Of a DNA stretch of 64,000 bases, positions 1 to 12,445 are shown in pieces. Every line of letters begins with the position of its first letter. Positions within the stretch are counted from its first letter, which is position 1. The notes under the pieces were generated by a model. That model was given only the letters and a program-made list of their open reading frames with translations. It had not been told where the DNA came from and ran no database searches. The stretch is from Mustelus asterias (Eukaryota): the NCBI RefSeq assembly GCF_964213995.1, contig NC_135804.1, positions 26,102,001 to 26,166,000 of the forward strand, given 5' to 3'. Both the position numbers and the translations under genes were made by a program.

Positions 1-140
1 GTTGATTATTGAGGGGGATTAGCAGGGTAAATGTTTGGGGTTATGGGGATAGGGCCTGGGTGGGATTGTGGTCGGTGCAGGCTCGATGGGCCGAACGGCC
101 TCCTTCTGCACTGCAGTGTTTCTAGGATTCTATGATTCTA
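1..140 (+). mobile_element. HE1/V-type SINE 3' part
   Basis: Family tail ggtgcaggctcgatgggccgaacggcctccttctgcactg...tctatga. Confidence 0.85.
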
Positions 141-165
141 TTATAATTACGTTTTCTTCCATCAG

Positions 166-285
166 GCCACACGGGTCGTTTAATCAAAGCGCTGCTGGGA
201 ACCAGTATTCTCTTTCTCTGCGCACATGGAGGCTTTCAGATTGCTCTATATGTTTTGGCAGATGAAGATTTATTGGGCAATAACT
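166..285 (+). CDS. PIEZO1: PIEZO1 coding exon (equivalent to human exon 3)
   Basis: ttttcttccatcag|GC...AACT|gtaagt; encodes (G)HTGRLIKALLGTSILFLCAHGGFQIALYVLADEDLLGNN(C), matching recalled human GHTGRLLRALLGLSLLFLVAHLALQICL; phase joins the next exon. Confidence 0.93.
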
Positions 286-752
286 GTAAGTACAAATGAA
301 TATTCATTTTCTTTCACCCATCAGTAATGGTGTGTACTTTAGGTACTGACAGACTGATGCTTTCGTGTGACTCTTTTTAAAAAAGAATTCTTGTTGTGGA
401 GAGCCGGGCGTATTTTTTAAAAATGTTCGGAGAATTTCCAGCTCTCCTTTTCTCCTGGTGATTTTCTAAAATGAAAAAGCAGCGGCCTTTTGGCCCACAA
501 TAGGCTTTTAAAACAACTTGATTTGATCCTGACTCTATCTGGAGTAGAGTTTGCTATCCAGTATTGTGTCCAAGTAACTATTCATGATTGGGAGCCAAAA
601 CGGCATTGTGGGTAGGCCTTTCACCATGGAGATCTTCACCGCTGAGCCACAGTGACTGGGAAGCGCAAACCCAGGTAATTGCTCCCTCATTTCTCCAGCT
701 AAAGAGCCCTGTCGCCCTGATTAATGTGCAGGCTGAGGATCAGGTAACAATA

Positions 753-1350
753 GGGCGGCACGGTAGCACAGTGGTTAGCACTGCTGCTTCACAGCTCCAG
801 GGACCTTTTTTTTAAACAGGGGGTGAATGTGGTAAACCACTGTTATGTCCTGATAACCACTGTTATGTTCTGATGACTGGACACACCCCTACTGGTGCTG
901 CCTGAGGCTCCTCCCCTGTTCACTGGGGTATAAAGGTGGCTGCTCCTCCCCTTCGCCTCATTCTGGTCCGGTCCCTCGGTTAGAGTTTACTGTAGAGTTA
1001 GTTCCCTTTTATAGTTAATAAAAGCCTATTATTCCAGATTCCATCTCTGGGTGTTGATAGTGCATCACTGGGTTCGATTCCCGGCTCGGGTCACTGTCTG
1101 TGTGGAGTTTGCACATTCTCCTCGTGTCTGCATGGGTTTCCTCCAGGTGCTCCGGTTTCCTCCCACAGTCCAAAGATGTTGATTGGCCATGCTAAAATTG
1201 CCCCTTAGAGTCCTGAGATGCGTAGGTTAGAGGGATTAGTGGGTAAATATGTAGGGATATGGGGGTAGGGCCTGGGTGGGATTGTGGTCGGTGCAGACTC
1301 GATGGGTCGAATGGCCTCTTTCTGTGCTGTAGGGTTTCTATGATTCTATA
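753..1350 (+). mobile_element. tRNA-derived HE1/V-type SINE, split by the LTR insertion
   Basis: Head gggcggcacggtagcacagtggttagcactg, B-box ggttcgattcc, core gtttgcacattctcc...cctccggg. Confidence 0.9.
828..1067 (+). mobile_element. Gypsy-type LTR with its PPT (806-827) inserted in a SINE
   Basis: TGTGG...TATAAA...AATAAAAGCC...TGATAGTGCATCA, similar to the termini of the 16.5-21 kb element; SINE sequence resumes at 1068. Confidence 0.85.
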
Positions 1351-1356
1351 AACAGA

Positions 1357-1685
1357 GAATCATAGAAACCCTACAGTGCAGAAGGAGGCCATTCGGCCCA
1401 TCGAGCCTGCTCTGGCAGCAATCCCATACAGGCCCCATCCCTGTAACCCCACGTATTTACCCTTCTAATCCCCCTGACACTAAGGGGCAATTTAGCATGG
1501 CCAATCAACCTAACCAGCACATCTTTGGAGTGTGGAAGGAAACTGGAGAACCCGGAGGAAACCCACGCAGACATGGGGAGAATGTGCAAACTCCGCACAG
1601 ACAGTGAGTGACCCGAGACCGGAATTGAACCCGGGTCCCTGGCACTGAGGCAGCAGTGCTAATCACTGTGCCACCTGGCCGCCCT
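1357..1685 (-). mobile_element. HE1/V-type SINE
   Basis: Reverse complement of the same consensus, tail-to-tail with the previous copy. Confidence 0.9.
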
Positions 1686-2892
1686 AACTTCACCCATTCA
1701 AATCTGGCATCCTCTCCTCTTGCACTGTAATATGATACCTGGTGGTTTTGATACCTATCAAAAGTATTTTTCTTTAGTTTTATTTACTAGACTTCCCTGT
1801 GGCACTTGGTGTTGCCCATTTTAATTAAGTTGACGCACAGACTGAGAATAACGTTGTGAAGTACATACACTTGCTTGTAAACAATAGAAACAGTCTGCCA
1901 GAGAAGGTCATGTGCTATTTCTTCCTTCCCACTTCTTGCAGCTGCTGCTGACAATTTGCTATTAATAAATTGGGATTATTTTGAAATAATGAATTATGGA
2001 AATAATGTGGCCAATTGTTGGCTAAAGTTCCTTTTGGACTAAGTTTTGCAATGAAATTAGGGACGCCCGCTAATTAAATTAAATCTTGCGAATTAATTTG
2101 CAAATCTTTGCAGCGGTTAGTTTAATGCATGTTGACTGTGGAAGCCATGGAGAAAAGAGGAAGAAAGGCATGGGAAGGAATGGGGATGTGTGAGGCCAAG
2201 TCTGAGAGAGGAGGCAGCAGGAGGAGGGAGAAAATGGGAAAGCTTGGACCATTTTGAAGCAGATTTCGGGGTCAAACGGGACACCTTCCATTCAATTACA
2301 TCCACAGGAGCTCATTCCCTTTCCCAAGGGAATACCTGGGAATGATTTGAATATTACATTTATTTTTTCTTTAATTTCCAGGTAAGATTTTGTTCAGACA
2401 TTTGAGTGCCTCTTGACTGTCTCGGTATAATGCTGTTTATTCTAACACTGTACAACCACCAGTGCTCCTCAATGCATCCATTTTATGAGTAACTATTTTC
2501 CTTGTGACTATCAATGCTTAGCAATGCTGGCAGCAACGCGGTTCAAATTAACCGTGCAATTAAAACCAAGAATTAACTCAAATTCCTTTTCAACCCAGAG
2601 ATTAATCATGATTAATTATTATAACACAAAACTTTTAAATTTGTCAAACTTGTATTGCGTTATAATAAAAGTTTCAGTAAGTTTATCCAGTGATTAGGTT
2701 GAACCATTTGCTCCCGGAGGCTTGTCTCTAAAATTCTGGTCTTTACTGAGACAGTGAGTGGTGGGGGTGGGAATGATATTCTGACTGGGCGAGGGAGAGG
2801 AAAAAAAGTCTTGATCGCTGTTGGTGACTCCTACTGCTTACAAAGCTGTAGATAGATGGCAGTGGCTTCTGTGGTTAAATATCTTGCTGAAA

Positions 2893-3200
2893 TCGTAGAA
2901 TCCTACAGTGCAGAAGGAGGCCATCTGGCCCATCGAGTCTGCATCGACCATGATCCCACCCAGGTCCTCTCCCCATTACCCCATGCATTTACCCTTGCTA
3001 GTCCCCCTGGTACTAAGGGGCAATTTAGCATGGCCAATTCACCTAACCTGCACATCTTTGGACTGTGGGAGGAAACCAGAGCACCCGGAGGAAACTCACG
3101 CAGACATGGGGAGAATGTGCAACCACCACACAGACAGTGACCCAAGCCGGGAATCGAACCCAGGTGTTGTGAGGCAGCAGTGCTAACCACCGTGCTGCCC
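2893..3200 (-). mobile_element. HE1/V-type SINE
   Basis: Same consensus. Confidence 0.9.
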
Positions 3201-3573
3201 TGTGCTATTATCCTTCAGACGTGAAAAACAAACTGGAGTTGCCTGTCACCCAGGAATGCTTTCCAACAATAATTTAATGCCCTCGGAATGGGAGAAATTA
3301 AAAGCTAACAAATGAATCCTATCTAATCATAAATCATACGTAACTACTTTGGTAAAGACCTTCATGGAAATTATGATCTGCAAAAGACACTTCTTGTTTT
3401 TCCTCTGCATCTGGCATATTCACGTGCTGTCCCACATAATAAGCCTATTTACACAAGAACGTTGTATAGCAATAAACTATGCTGACTTGGTCAATAATTC
3501 CTTTCTAACATTATGCTTCAGTTACATCATTTGAATTCTGTAATGTTGAAACAACCTTATTTATCCTGAGCAA

Positions 3574-3667
3574 TAGATTCACTGTGCAGTAGATTCACTG
3601 TGCAGTAGATTCACTGTGCAGTAGATTCACTGTGCAGTAGATTCACTGTGCAGTAGATTCACTGTGC
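3574..3667. repeat. 16-bp tandem repeat, ~5.9 copies
   Basis: (TAGATTCACTGTGCAG)n, perfect. Confidence 0.95.
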
Positions 3668-6094
3668 GCACATTTGGACAACTGTACATTTAGCATGATT
3701 TGTGCATGCGGAGATGCTCTGCCATCAATTAAGAATCTGTACATCAGCGTGACTCAGTGGCAGCTCTCTTTCCTCTGAATCAACTGATCGTGAGATCATG
3801 CCACCCCATTCTACAGACTTGGGCACACAATTTAGGCTGACAGTGCAATGCTTATTGAAAGAGTGTGACATTGCCTGAGATGCTGTCTTTCAGATGAGAC
3901 ATGCATGATCTGCTCTCGCTAGGGGGTGTAAAAGTTTCGATGGCAGTTTTGTAAAAAAGCGTTGGCTTTTTATTTTCTGTACATTTTCCCCTATTGTCCA
4001 CATAGTGATGCCCCCCCCCCCCAGATAACAAGTTGGGTTGCTTGGAGAGTTCTTTTTTTGGACACACAAAATCTCCATTAATAATGCTGAAAGGTCATAA
4101 ATCTGGTGCTTTGTGTGCACTTCCTGTAAGTGCCATAAATATTTCCTTTAACACTTTCCTGTCCATACTTTTCTGATTCGCCAGGAGTGAACCCAGGGGA
4201 GATCACTGTGAGGGAACCCGTAGTGTAACACTTGCAGGAAGTGTGCGCAATGTGCGAGTTTTGATCTGTTAGCAGCATCAGCTGAGGTTTTCAGACAAGC
4301 TCAACTCTCGAAAGGATGTCAGGCAACCTGCTCTCTTTGGAAGTATGGTTTTGTTGAGCACTCGGAAAACTTTGTATTATTCGAGCTTTTTGTAATGTGC
4401 TGGTTTAGTTTTGTTAAGTTTCATTCATAAATCACAATATCATGTGACTTGAAAGAGAATTCTTTGAGATGTGGGCATTGCTGGCAAGGCCAGCATTTAT
4501 TGATAAAGGCAAAATACCGCGGATGCTGGAATCTGAAACAAAAGCAGAAGATGCTGGAAAATCACAGCAGGCCTGACAGCATCTGTGGAGAGAGAATAGA
4601 GCCAACGTTTCGAGTCTGGATGCCCCTCCAATGGCATTTATTGCCCATCCACAGCCTCCTTGATAGGGCAGCCTTTTAAATTACTGCAGCCTATGTGGTG
4701 AAGTGCTGGCAAGGTTCGGGGGAGTAAATAGTTAGGAGATTTTAACCCAGCAATGATGGCTGTATATGTCTAAGATGGGATGGGATGTAGAGGCAACCTG
4801 GAGGTGATGGTGTTCCCGTACATACAGCCATTGGATGTTTCGGCTGGTTTAGCAATAATTGCCTTTACACCAATCCATGTCTGTGTCACAAAACAATGCT
4901 GCTGCTTTTACGTCATGTGTACTTTATTTACACAACTTATCTGTATCTTATTACTTTGGAAAATCAAACTGTGCCACCTATCCAGATGTGTGGAACTGTT
5001 TTGGCCCATTTTAACTAAAATCGCCATGTCTGGCTTTGCCCAAGTGCTTTTTGCTGTTTCGGGAGTTGGTTCTATAATTTGTATTTTACTCTATCTTCGG
5101 TAATTTGCTGCATAACTTTGCCGTAGCTTCTGATGGAATGGCGATTGAGTTGGATTGCCTTGTTGCTCCAAACCACATACCTGGAAATCCAGGTGATCCT
5201 ATCTGGCCCAACCTTTCGATGCAGGCCGGGTGAGATCTATGAACCCCCGGAGCCTGTGGTCAAGGGGAGCTCAGGAAAGTAAGCCTTGCCCCCTTTATTT
5301 TTTACCCCACTAGCTGCTGCAAACCAGATAGGTTTAAAGACCTGGCTAAGTATATAGGTCGTTGACATGCCAGGGAGAAGGTAAGTTTTTAAGACAAGGC
5401 AGTAAGATTTAACATGGGTGAGAGAGGGTGGTGGTGGGTGAGAGAGGATGATGGTGGGGGGAGAGGGAGGGGGGGAGCCAGTTGTCAGGTCAGGCTGTGC
5501 TGGGGCGGGATTTGGAAGTCAGACCTGGGGGTGGAGTAGTCGGACCGGAATGGAGGTGAGTGTCGAGAGTCAATTGGGACAGGGTGAGGGGTAGGAAGTC
5601 TCGTGGGGAATGGTGAGGCGGTGCTGGTCATGGGGAGTGGGGGTAATTATTGTGGGAGGTCAGAACAATAGATACCAGGAGGCCTTGTGACTTTAATCCT
5701 TTTCACTTTTTCTGGGTAACTATTGCTTTAACACATTTGGAACCATCACATTTTTGGATGGTTCCCAATGCAGGGCAGTTATCCAAAGGAAGTTTCAATT
5801 TCCTGGGCAGTTACTGTGCAATCCTTACCTGGGGCCGCCCAGGATGGGATGGTGTCCCCTAGTACATTTTTGGGATGCCCCCCAATCTACTGCCCCGAAG
5901 CTCAGAGTAAGGGCCCAGTTGCAGAAATCATCACCAATGATGATGATCAGATAGAATGTTTTTAACATTGTAAAGGTTTCATTCATAAAAGATTTTTTGA
6001 AAACTTGAGGGGGGAAGATTTTAACAATCATTTGAAGGAGAGTAAATTAGACAAGTTAGTACAAACCCCACGAACAGGAAGAGTAAAGAGGTCA

Positions 6095-6375
6095 CCAAAA
6101 GAGAAAGTGCTGGAAAATCTCTGCAGGTCTGGCAGCATCTGTAAGGAGAGAAAAGAGCTGACATTTCGAGTCCAGATGGCCCTTTGTCAAAGGCAGAGAA
6201 AGTGGGAGATATTTATACTGTAGGTTGAGGGAATGAAAGATGAGTCATAGCCACAGAAATAAGGGGAAAGGCTGCTAATGGCAGTCCATAGAGAGAATAG
6301 AAGGTGTGAATGGCCAAATGGCAGAGAAGCTGAAATCAGAGGGTAAACTGGGACTGATGAAGATGTCATCTGTCA
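6095..6375 (-). mobile_element. Penelope-like terminal repeat fragment; others at 4505-4628, 40615-40722, 62625-62770
   Basis: Shared tgctggaaaa...cagcatctgt(g/a)gagaga motif with decayed hammerhead halves on the - strand. Confidence 0.55.
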
Positions 6376-7396
6376 CAGATTTGTTTTACCGAGTAAAGAT
6401 GTCATTTTGCTTAGTTAGATTGGAAATTATGACATTTGGGTAAAATGTGAAAAAATTGGCTTAGGAATTGGAAATCTGGACTCCAAATGTGTTTGACCTG
6501 CGGTTATTTATCATCTAAAAACAGTCATGCTCCAGAGTCTTGAAAGCTATTTGATCTGATTGTTGTCACCTTTGCCTTAATTTCAGAATTCCTTTCATTA
6601 TCCATAATTTATTCTCCAATCAGCTGTTTAGCTTATGAAACAATATTTTCTTTGTCACTCATAGAATCCAGTAAAAACATGTTTGAGTAATCAGATCCTG
6701 AATGGATGACATGATGTTGACTGGGGCCAAATCCCAATTTGGAACTCACTATTTTCCCCATTTTGAGAATTCAGAAATTTCAGAAAACATCGCTAATTTG
6801 TCATCCAATGAAAGCCTCAATTTCCATTGAAGTTGGATATGAACTTTACCACAATTCCAACCTTGTCCGAGTTTCGTGATTAACACTAAAATGTAGTTAC
6901 ATTTGTTTATTTGTGATCCTGAGGTGCGAGTGATAGAACGATGGGTGATAACTTTGCATTGTATGCCTGTAAGCTGGTAAGCAAAGATTTATCAAACGAC
7001 CCCTGTGAAGGTGGTGTCCTTTCAAGCTGATTCGTAACTGAAACTTAAGAAAACGATTTTGCTTTTGGTATTCACCCTTTACTGAGTGGAAGATTCAGGT
7101 TAATATAGAAAGAGGATCTTTTTATTTGCGTTGTGGTGATGGAATTTGTGGCACCTTTACTTATTTTTTCCTTGATGGTGGTGTGAAAAAAAGGACAAAG
7201 TCTTAAAAGGTAAGTTGGAGATTGGGCCCTCGGAGTTCAGGGACTACAGTTCCCAAGAGGCTCTGGTGGGGGTCTCTGCGCACGCACCTGTCTTAGAATG
7301 GCCATGTTAACAAGAACACAAGAAATAGAAGCATGGATTAGCCACTGGGCCCTTCAAGCCTGCCCCACCATTGAATATGATCATGGCCGATCTTTA

Positions 7397-7713
7397 CATA
7401 GAATCCCTACAGTACAGGAGGAGGCCATTTGACCCATCGAGCCTACACCAACAACAGTTCCACCCAGGCCCTATCCCTGTAACCCCACGTATTTACCCTG
7501 CTAATCTCAGGGATGCTCAGGGACAATTTAGCATGGCCAATCAACCTAACCCGCACATCTTCAGACTGTTTGAGGAAACCGGAGCAACCGAAGGAAACCC
7601 ATGCAGACATGGGGAGAACATGCAAACTCCGCACAAACAGAGACCCAAGCCGGGAATCAAACCCAGGTCCTGGCGCTGTAAGGCAGCAGTGCTAACCGCT
7701 GTGCCACCATGCT
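7397..7713 (-). mobile_element. HE1/V-type SINE nested in a CR1 3' tail
   Basis: Same consensus; CR1 tail on both sides (7312-7395, 7714-7790). Confidence 0.85.
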
Positions 7714-8444
7714 GCCAACAGTCTATGCTGGCCTCCGCTTTTTCCCCATAGCCCTTTATTCTTTGATCTATCAAATAATTATCCACTTCCACAGTTGGTT
7801 CCTTTTCCCCTCGGTTCCCCGGCTCTGCATGTGTGCCGGCTGGAGAATGGCCACATGCGCACGGTTCGGGCATGTTCTGGTCTTCAGCCTGGGAAATGGG
7901 TCTGCGCACATGCATGGTTTGTTTTCTGATCTTTTCTCAGGTTGGGAGCCACTTCTGTACCTGCGCAGAAAGAGCAGCAAAAGTAAAACAAGGAAGAAAG
8001 AAAAACAACCCGGATAGAAAATCCGGTGATCTTCTACATCTCCACAGCAGAACACCATTCTGCAGAAAGTGCCAGAAGCAGCGGGATGGGAGCCGCAGGG
8101 AGCAGATCCCAAAGAAAGCTAGGAAGTCCCAAAACCAAGGAGTGGGACGGAAAGCGGTCCCAGGACATCAGAAGGCCCCAGGAAGACAGTCTGGTCAAGG
8201 ATCAAGGACAGGAATCTGTTACAGCTCCTGTTAAATGAAGCTAAAAGTAAGGAGCAGAAGACAGGACTCTGAACCAAAGAGACAGGAAGCAGACTTAAAA
8301 CAAAATGGGCTAGAGAGAAGCCAGAAGATTCAAGGGGACAGTTGAAGTTTGGTGACTGCTTACTGTGGGCTTTCGGAGCAGTGGTGTGCTGCTTAGCCTG
8401 GCTGAAATCTGAGAGAGTGCATGTGAAAGGTGAAGCTTGAATGT

Positions 8445-8971
8445 ATCGCGTGCATTTCTGATGTCCTTATCTGAGAAAGGATGTTCTTGCTATAGAGGGA
8501 AGGTTTACCAGGCTGATTCCTGGAAAGGCAGGTCTGTCAGATGAGGATTATATTCACTGGAGTTTAGAAGAGTGAGAGGAGATCTCATAGAAACTTATAA
8601 AATTCTAACAGGGTTAGATAGAGTAGATTCAGAAAGAATGTCCCCGGTGGTGGGGGGAGTCCAGAACTAGGGGTCATGGTTTGAGGATAAGGGGTAAACC
8701 TTTGAAAACCGAGGTGAGGAGGAATTTCTTCACCCAGAGGGTGGTGAATGTGTGGAATTCACTACCACAGAAAGTAGTTGAGGCCAAAACGTTTTGTGAT
8801 TTCAAGAAGATGTTAGATATGGTTCTAGAGGTTAAAGGGATCAAGGGATATGGGGGGGGAAGGCAGGATCAGGATATTGAATTTGATGATCAACCATGAT
8901 CAAAATGAATGGCAGAGCAGGCTCAAAGGGCTGAAGGGCCTACTCCTGCTTCTGTTTTCTATGTTTCTATG
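8445..8971 (+). mobile_element. CR1 LINE 3' fragment
   Basis: RRNFFTQRVVNVWNSLP; (ttctatgt)n tail. Confidence 0.88.
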
Positions 8972-8974
8972 AGT

Positions 8975-9940
8975 AGAATCCCAACCTGTTTAACCTTTCC
9001 TCATAAGACAATCTCTCCATATCGGGGATCACCCTAGTGAACCTTCTCTCAACTGCTTCCAATTAAATAATATCTTTCCTTAAAAAGGGAGACCCAAACT
9101 GCTCACAGTACTCCAGATGTGATCTCATTAATACCTGGTACAGTTGCAGCAAGACTTCCTTATTCTTATACTCCAACCCCCTTGAAATAAAGGCCAACAT
9201 TCCATTAGCCTTCTTGATTACCTGCTGCATCTGTGTGCTAGCTTTCTGTGTTTCGTGCACACGTACCCCTAAGTCCCTTTGTGTTACAACTTTCTGCAGT
9301 TTTTCTCCTTTTAATTATTCTGTTCTTTTGTTCTCCCTTCCAAAAGGAACAACTTCACATCTGCCCACTTTATACTCCATTTGTCAACGTTTTGCCCATT
9401 TACTTGACCTATCCATATCGCTTTGTAAACTGTATGAGGTACCCTTATCAAATGCTTCCTGGAAGTCCAAATACAGCACATCTACTAGTTCCCCTCTATC
9501 CACTCTGGTTGAGACTTCCTCGAAAAACTCTAATAAATTAGTCAGACACAATTCCCCTTTCATGAAACCAGGCTGATTCTGATTAGATTCTGATTTTCCA
9601 AATGTGTTGCTATTACTTCCTTAACAATTGATTCCAACATTTTTCCAACAATAGATGTTATCCATCTAATTGGCTTATAATTATCCGCTTTTTGCCAAAC
9701 CCCCCTCTCTTTTTAAATAGGGGTGTCACGTTGGCAGTTTTCCAATCCTCCAGTATTTCTCGAGAATCCAAGGATTTTGGGGAAAATTACAACCAATGCA
9801 TCCACTATCTCTGTAGCTACTTCTTTTATGATCCTAGAATGCAAGCCATCAGGGCTAGGGGACTTATCTGCCTTTAGCCCCATTAGTTTGTCTAATACTA
9901 CTTCTCTAATGATGGTACTTAGTTCCTCCTCCGTATTCCC
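8975..9940 (-). mobile_element. CR1 LINE RT fragment, internally deleted
   Basis: KADKSPSPDGLHSRIIKE and KKANGMLAFI...HLEYC motifs. Confidence 0.85.
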
Positions 9941-10302
9941 CATGAACCTAAGAGATGGTGAAAGAGGAAATTAAGATGAATTTGTGTTTATATCAGCATC
10001 TTTCCTGATCTCAGAATGTCAAAGAGTGTTTAGCAAGCAATGGAGTACTTTTGAAGGTAGTCTTATTGCAATGAGGGGGAAGCAGCAAACTTGTACACAG
10101 CATAGAGTTCACCAAAGATGCCATCTGGTTAGAGTGCCATGTTAGTAAACACCCAGGAATGTCTCCAAGCAGCATTGGCAATTCTGTTCCTTTTGGAAAG
10201 AATGATCAAACACTCCTGTGCTAACAGGACTCTCCATCAATATAGCCTTGAAGTTCTCACGAAGTATCACATTCTCCTCTCTGGTTCTCACAAAGGGTAA
10301 CA

Positions 10303-10680
10303 ATCCAAAACCTTAGCATTTCTTTCTGTTTTACAATGAATGTGCTGGGCCATCCCTTCGTGTTAGCTTTCTACTCTTTAGGTATGTTTCTTTTCGGAAA
10401 CAATATATAACACAAACGCCCTGACAACACGCAAATCCTCGGTTCAAAACATTGCGTCACGACCATAAATGTGATGAATATACAAAGGTCGGTACATTTC
10501 AAAAGTAATTCAATGTGTGAAGCGGTTTCAGATGTTCCAAACAAGGATGTACGTGTTGTCAGGGCGTTTGTGTTATATATTTTCTCCAAAAAGAAACACA
10601 TCTAAAGAGTAGAAAGATAACACGAGGGGACGACCCGGCGCATTCTTTGTAAAACAGAAAGCAAGGCTAAGCTTTTGAAT
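10303..10680. repeat. Long imperfect inverted repeat (fold-back/MITE-like)
   Basis: Arms 10303-10440 and 10543-10680 are reverse complements, ~80% identical by eye. Confidence 0.88.
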
Positions 10681-11060
10681 AAGAGGCCATACAAGGGTGA
10701 GTATTATATTATTAGAATTAAAAACCGCCATTATTGTTCAATTCGGTTCTCACCCTTTCATGAATAATTTCTCAATAGTTACAGGAGAGGCTACGGTGAG
10801 AATTTCTGAAACTTTGACCTTAAACTCAAATGTAACTCCCACTGTCCAAACATAACATCATCAAACGTTATGGGATATCATTGACATTAATAGTAGGGAA
10901 GACAACAGCTTAGGCTGCCACTCCCTCCTAACTGCTGAAGACAAAAGATGGTCAAAAGCAGTGATCATTGCATTCTTAGTCTATCTATTTTTCTTGAAAT
11001 TGTGCTGGTGTTGCTAAATATTTGCATAAACATTTGACATGAGCACGTTTTTCACATGGA

Positions 11061-11373
11061 ATAGAATCATAGAATCCCGATGCAGATGGAGGCCATTCGG
11101 CCCATCGAGCCTGCACCGTCAACATTCCCACCCAGGCCCTATCTCCCCTAACCCCACGCATTTACCCTGCTAATTCCCCTGACACTAAGGGGCAATTTAG
11201 CATGGCCAATCAACCTAACCTGCAGTGTGGGTGGAAACCGGAGCATCCGGAGGAAACCCATGCAGACACGGGGAGAACGTGCAAACTCCACACAGACAGT
11301 TACCCCAGGCCGGAATTGAACCCGGGTCGCTGGCAGCAGTGCTAACCACTGTACTCTAACCACCGTGCTGCCC
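11061..11373 (-). mobile_element. HE1/V-type SINE
   Basis: Same consensus with a small duplication in the head. Confidence 0.88.
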
Positions 11374-11499
11374 TTGCAGTGTTCATAGAGCCTCTGTAAT
11401 GTACTCAATTGCATAGGCCTGCTCGGTGCATAGGTACAAAAAGCCAGATATGGTCAAAGGTCCTGTCAATTGATGCTTGATACTTAAGGCCTCTTGCCT

Positions 11500-11790
11500 T
11501 CAAGTATATTCATTTCAGTTAAGTGATGCTTTCACTTCTGAGGCAGAAGATCAGGGATTCAAGCCTCACCTCAGAGACTTGAGCATGTAAGCCAAGTATC
11601 AGAGGCACAGTTATTCTGATGAAGCATTAAACTGAACCCCCACCCACCCCCGGCCCACTCGGGTGAATGTAAAATATCCCATGGCACTATTTGAAGCAAA
11701 GCAGGGGAGGCTTTCCAAATGTCTTAGCCAACACTTATCCAAATTAGCACCATCTGAAACAGAATGGCATGACATTTATCTTGTTACTTC
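11500..11790 (+). mobile_element. Old Deu-domain SINE (SacSINE1-like); second copy ~3745-4030
   Basis: taaaatatcccatggcactatttgaagcaaagcagggg and gctgtctttcagatgagac resemble the recalled Deu domain. Confidence 0.6.
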
Positions 11791-12174
11791 TCTGCGGTGG
11801 CTCCATGAGGTGAGCGGGGATGCTGCTACAGCTGGGAATTTTAGTGTCTGAAAACCTCGCAGACCACGAGAACCCGAGAGAATTCTGGGAATTGCAGGAG
11901 TGACAAACAGAAACATTGCTAGAAAGAATGTAACCATTCTGAATAAACGTCCATTACTTATCTGATCTGGGCTGGTGGTCAACATATACAACTGCCCTCA
12001 ATGAGGGGGAAATTCCTTTAAGCATGTTTTGGGAACTGAAATGGGTATGCAGGGAGTTTACCCCCCCCCCCCCCACCCCTCCTCCCTCGTCCGGGGTGCC
12101 TGTGGACAGTCCAAAGCTGGATCTTTGCTTTCAGTAGCATTTGGCTGTTGCCTACCAAGCTTCTGCTGCATTAC

Positions 12175-12445
12175 AAAGTTTATTTTTTATTGTCACAAGT
12201 AGGCTTACATTCACACTGCAATTCACACTGCACACTCCGGTGCCTGTTCGGGTACACTGAGGGAGAAGTTAGCTTGGCCAATGCACCTAACCAGCACGTC
12301 TTTCAGACTGTGGGAGGAAACCGGAGCACCTGGAGGAAACCCACGCAGACACGGGGAGAACGTGCAAACTCCACACAGACAGTGACCCAAGCCGGGAATC
12401 GAACCCGGGTCCCTGGCGCTGTGAGGCAGCAATGCTAACCACTCT
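12175..12445 (-). mobile_element. SINE variant with the same head/core and a different 3' tail
   Basis: Tail related to acaagtaggcttacattaacactgca, shared with 32380-32680 and 63597-63875. Confidence 0.8.

Noticed and set aside
2856-3190. Recurrent short ORFs such as GHCLCGVCTFSPCLRGFPPG
   Set aside because: Translations of SINE copies, not genes.
3574-3667. Possible CRISPR-like array
   Set aside because: Head-to-tail 16-mers with no spacers, in eukaryotic DNA.
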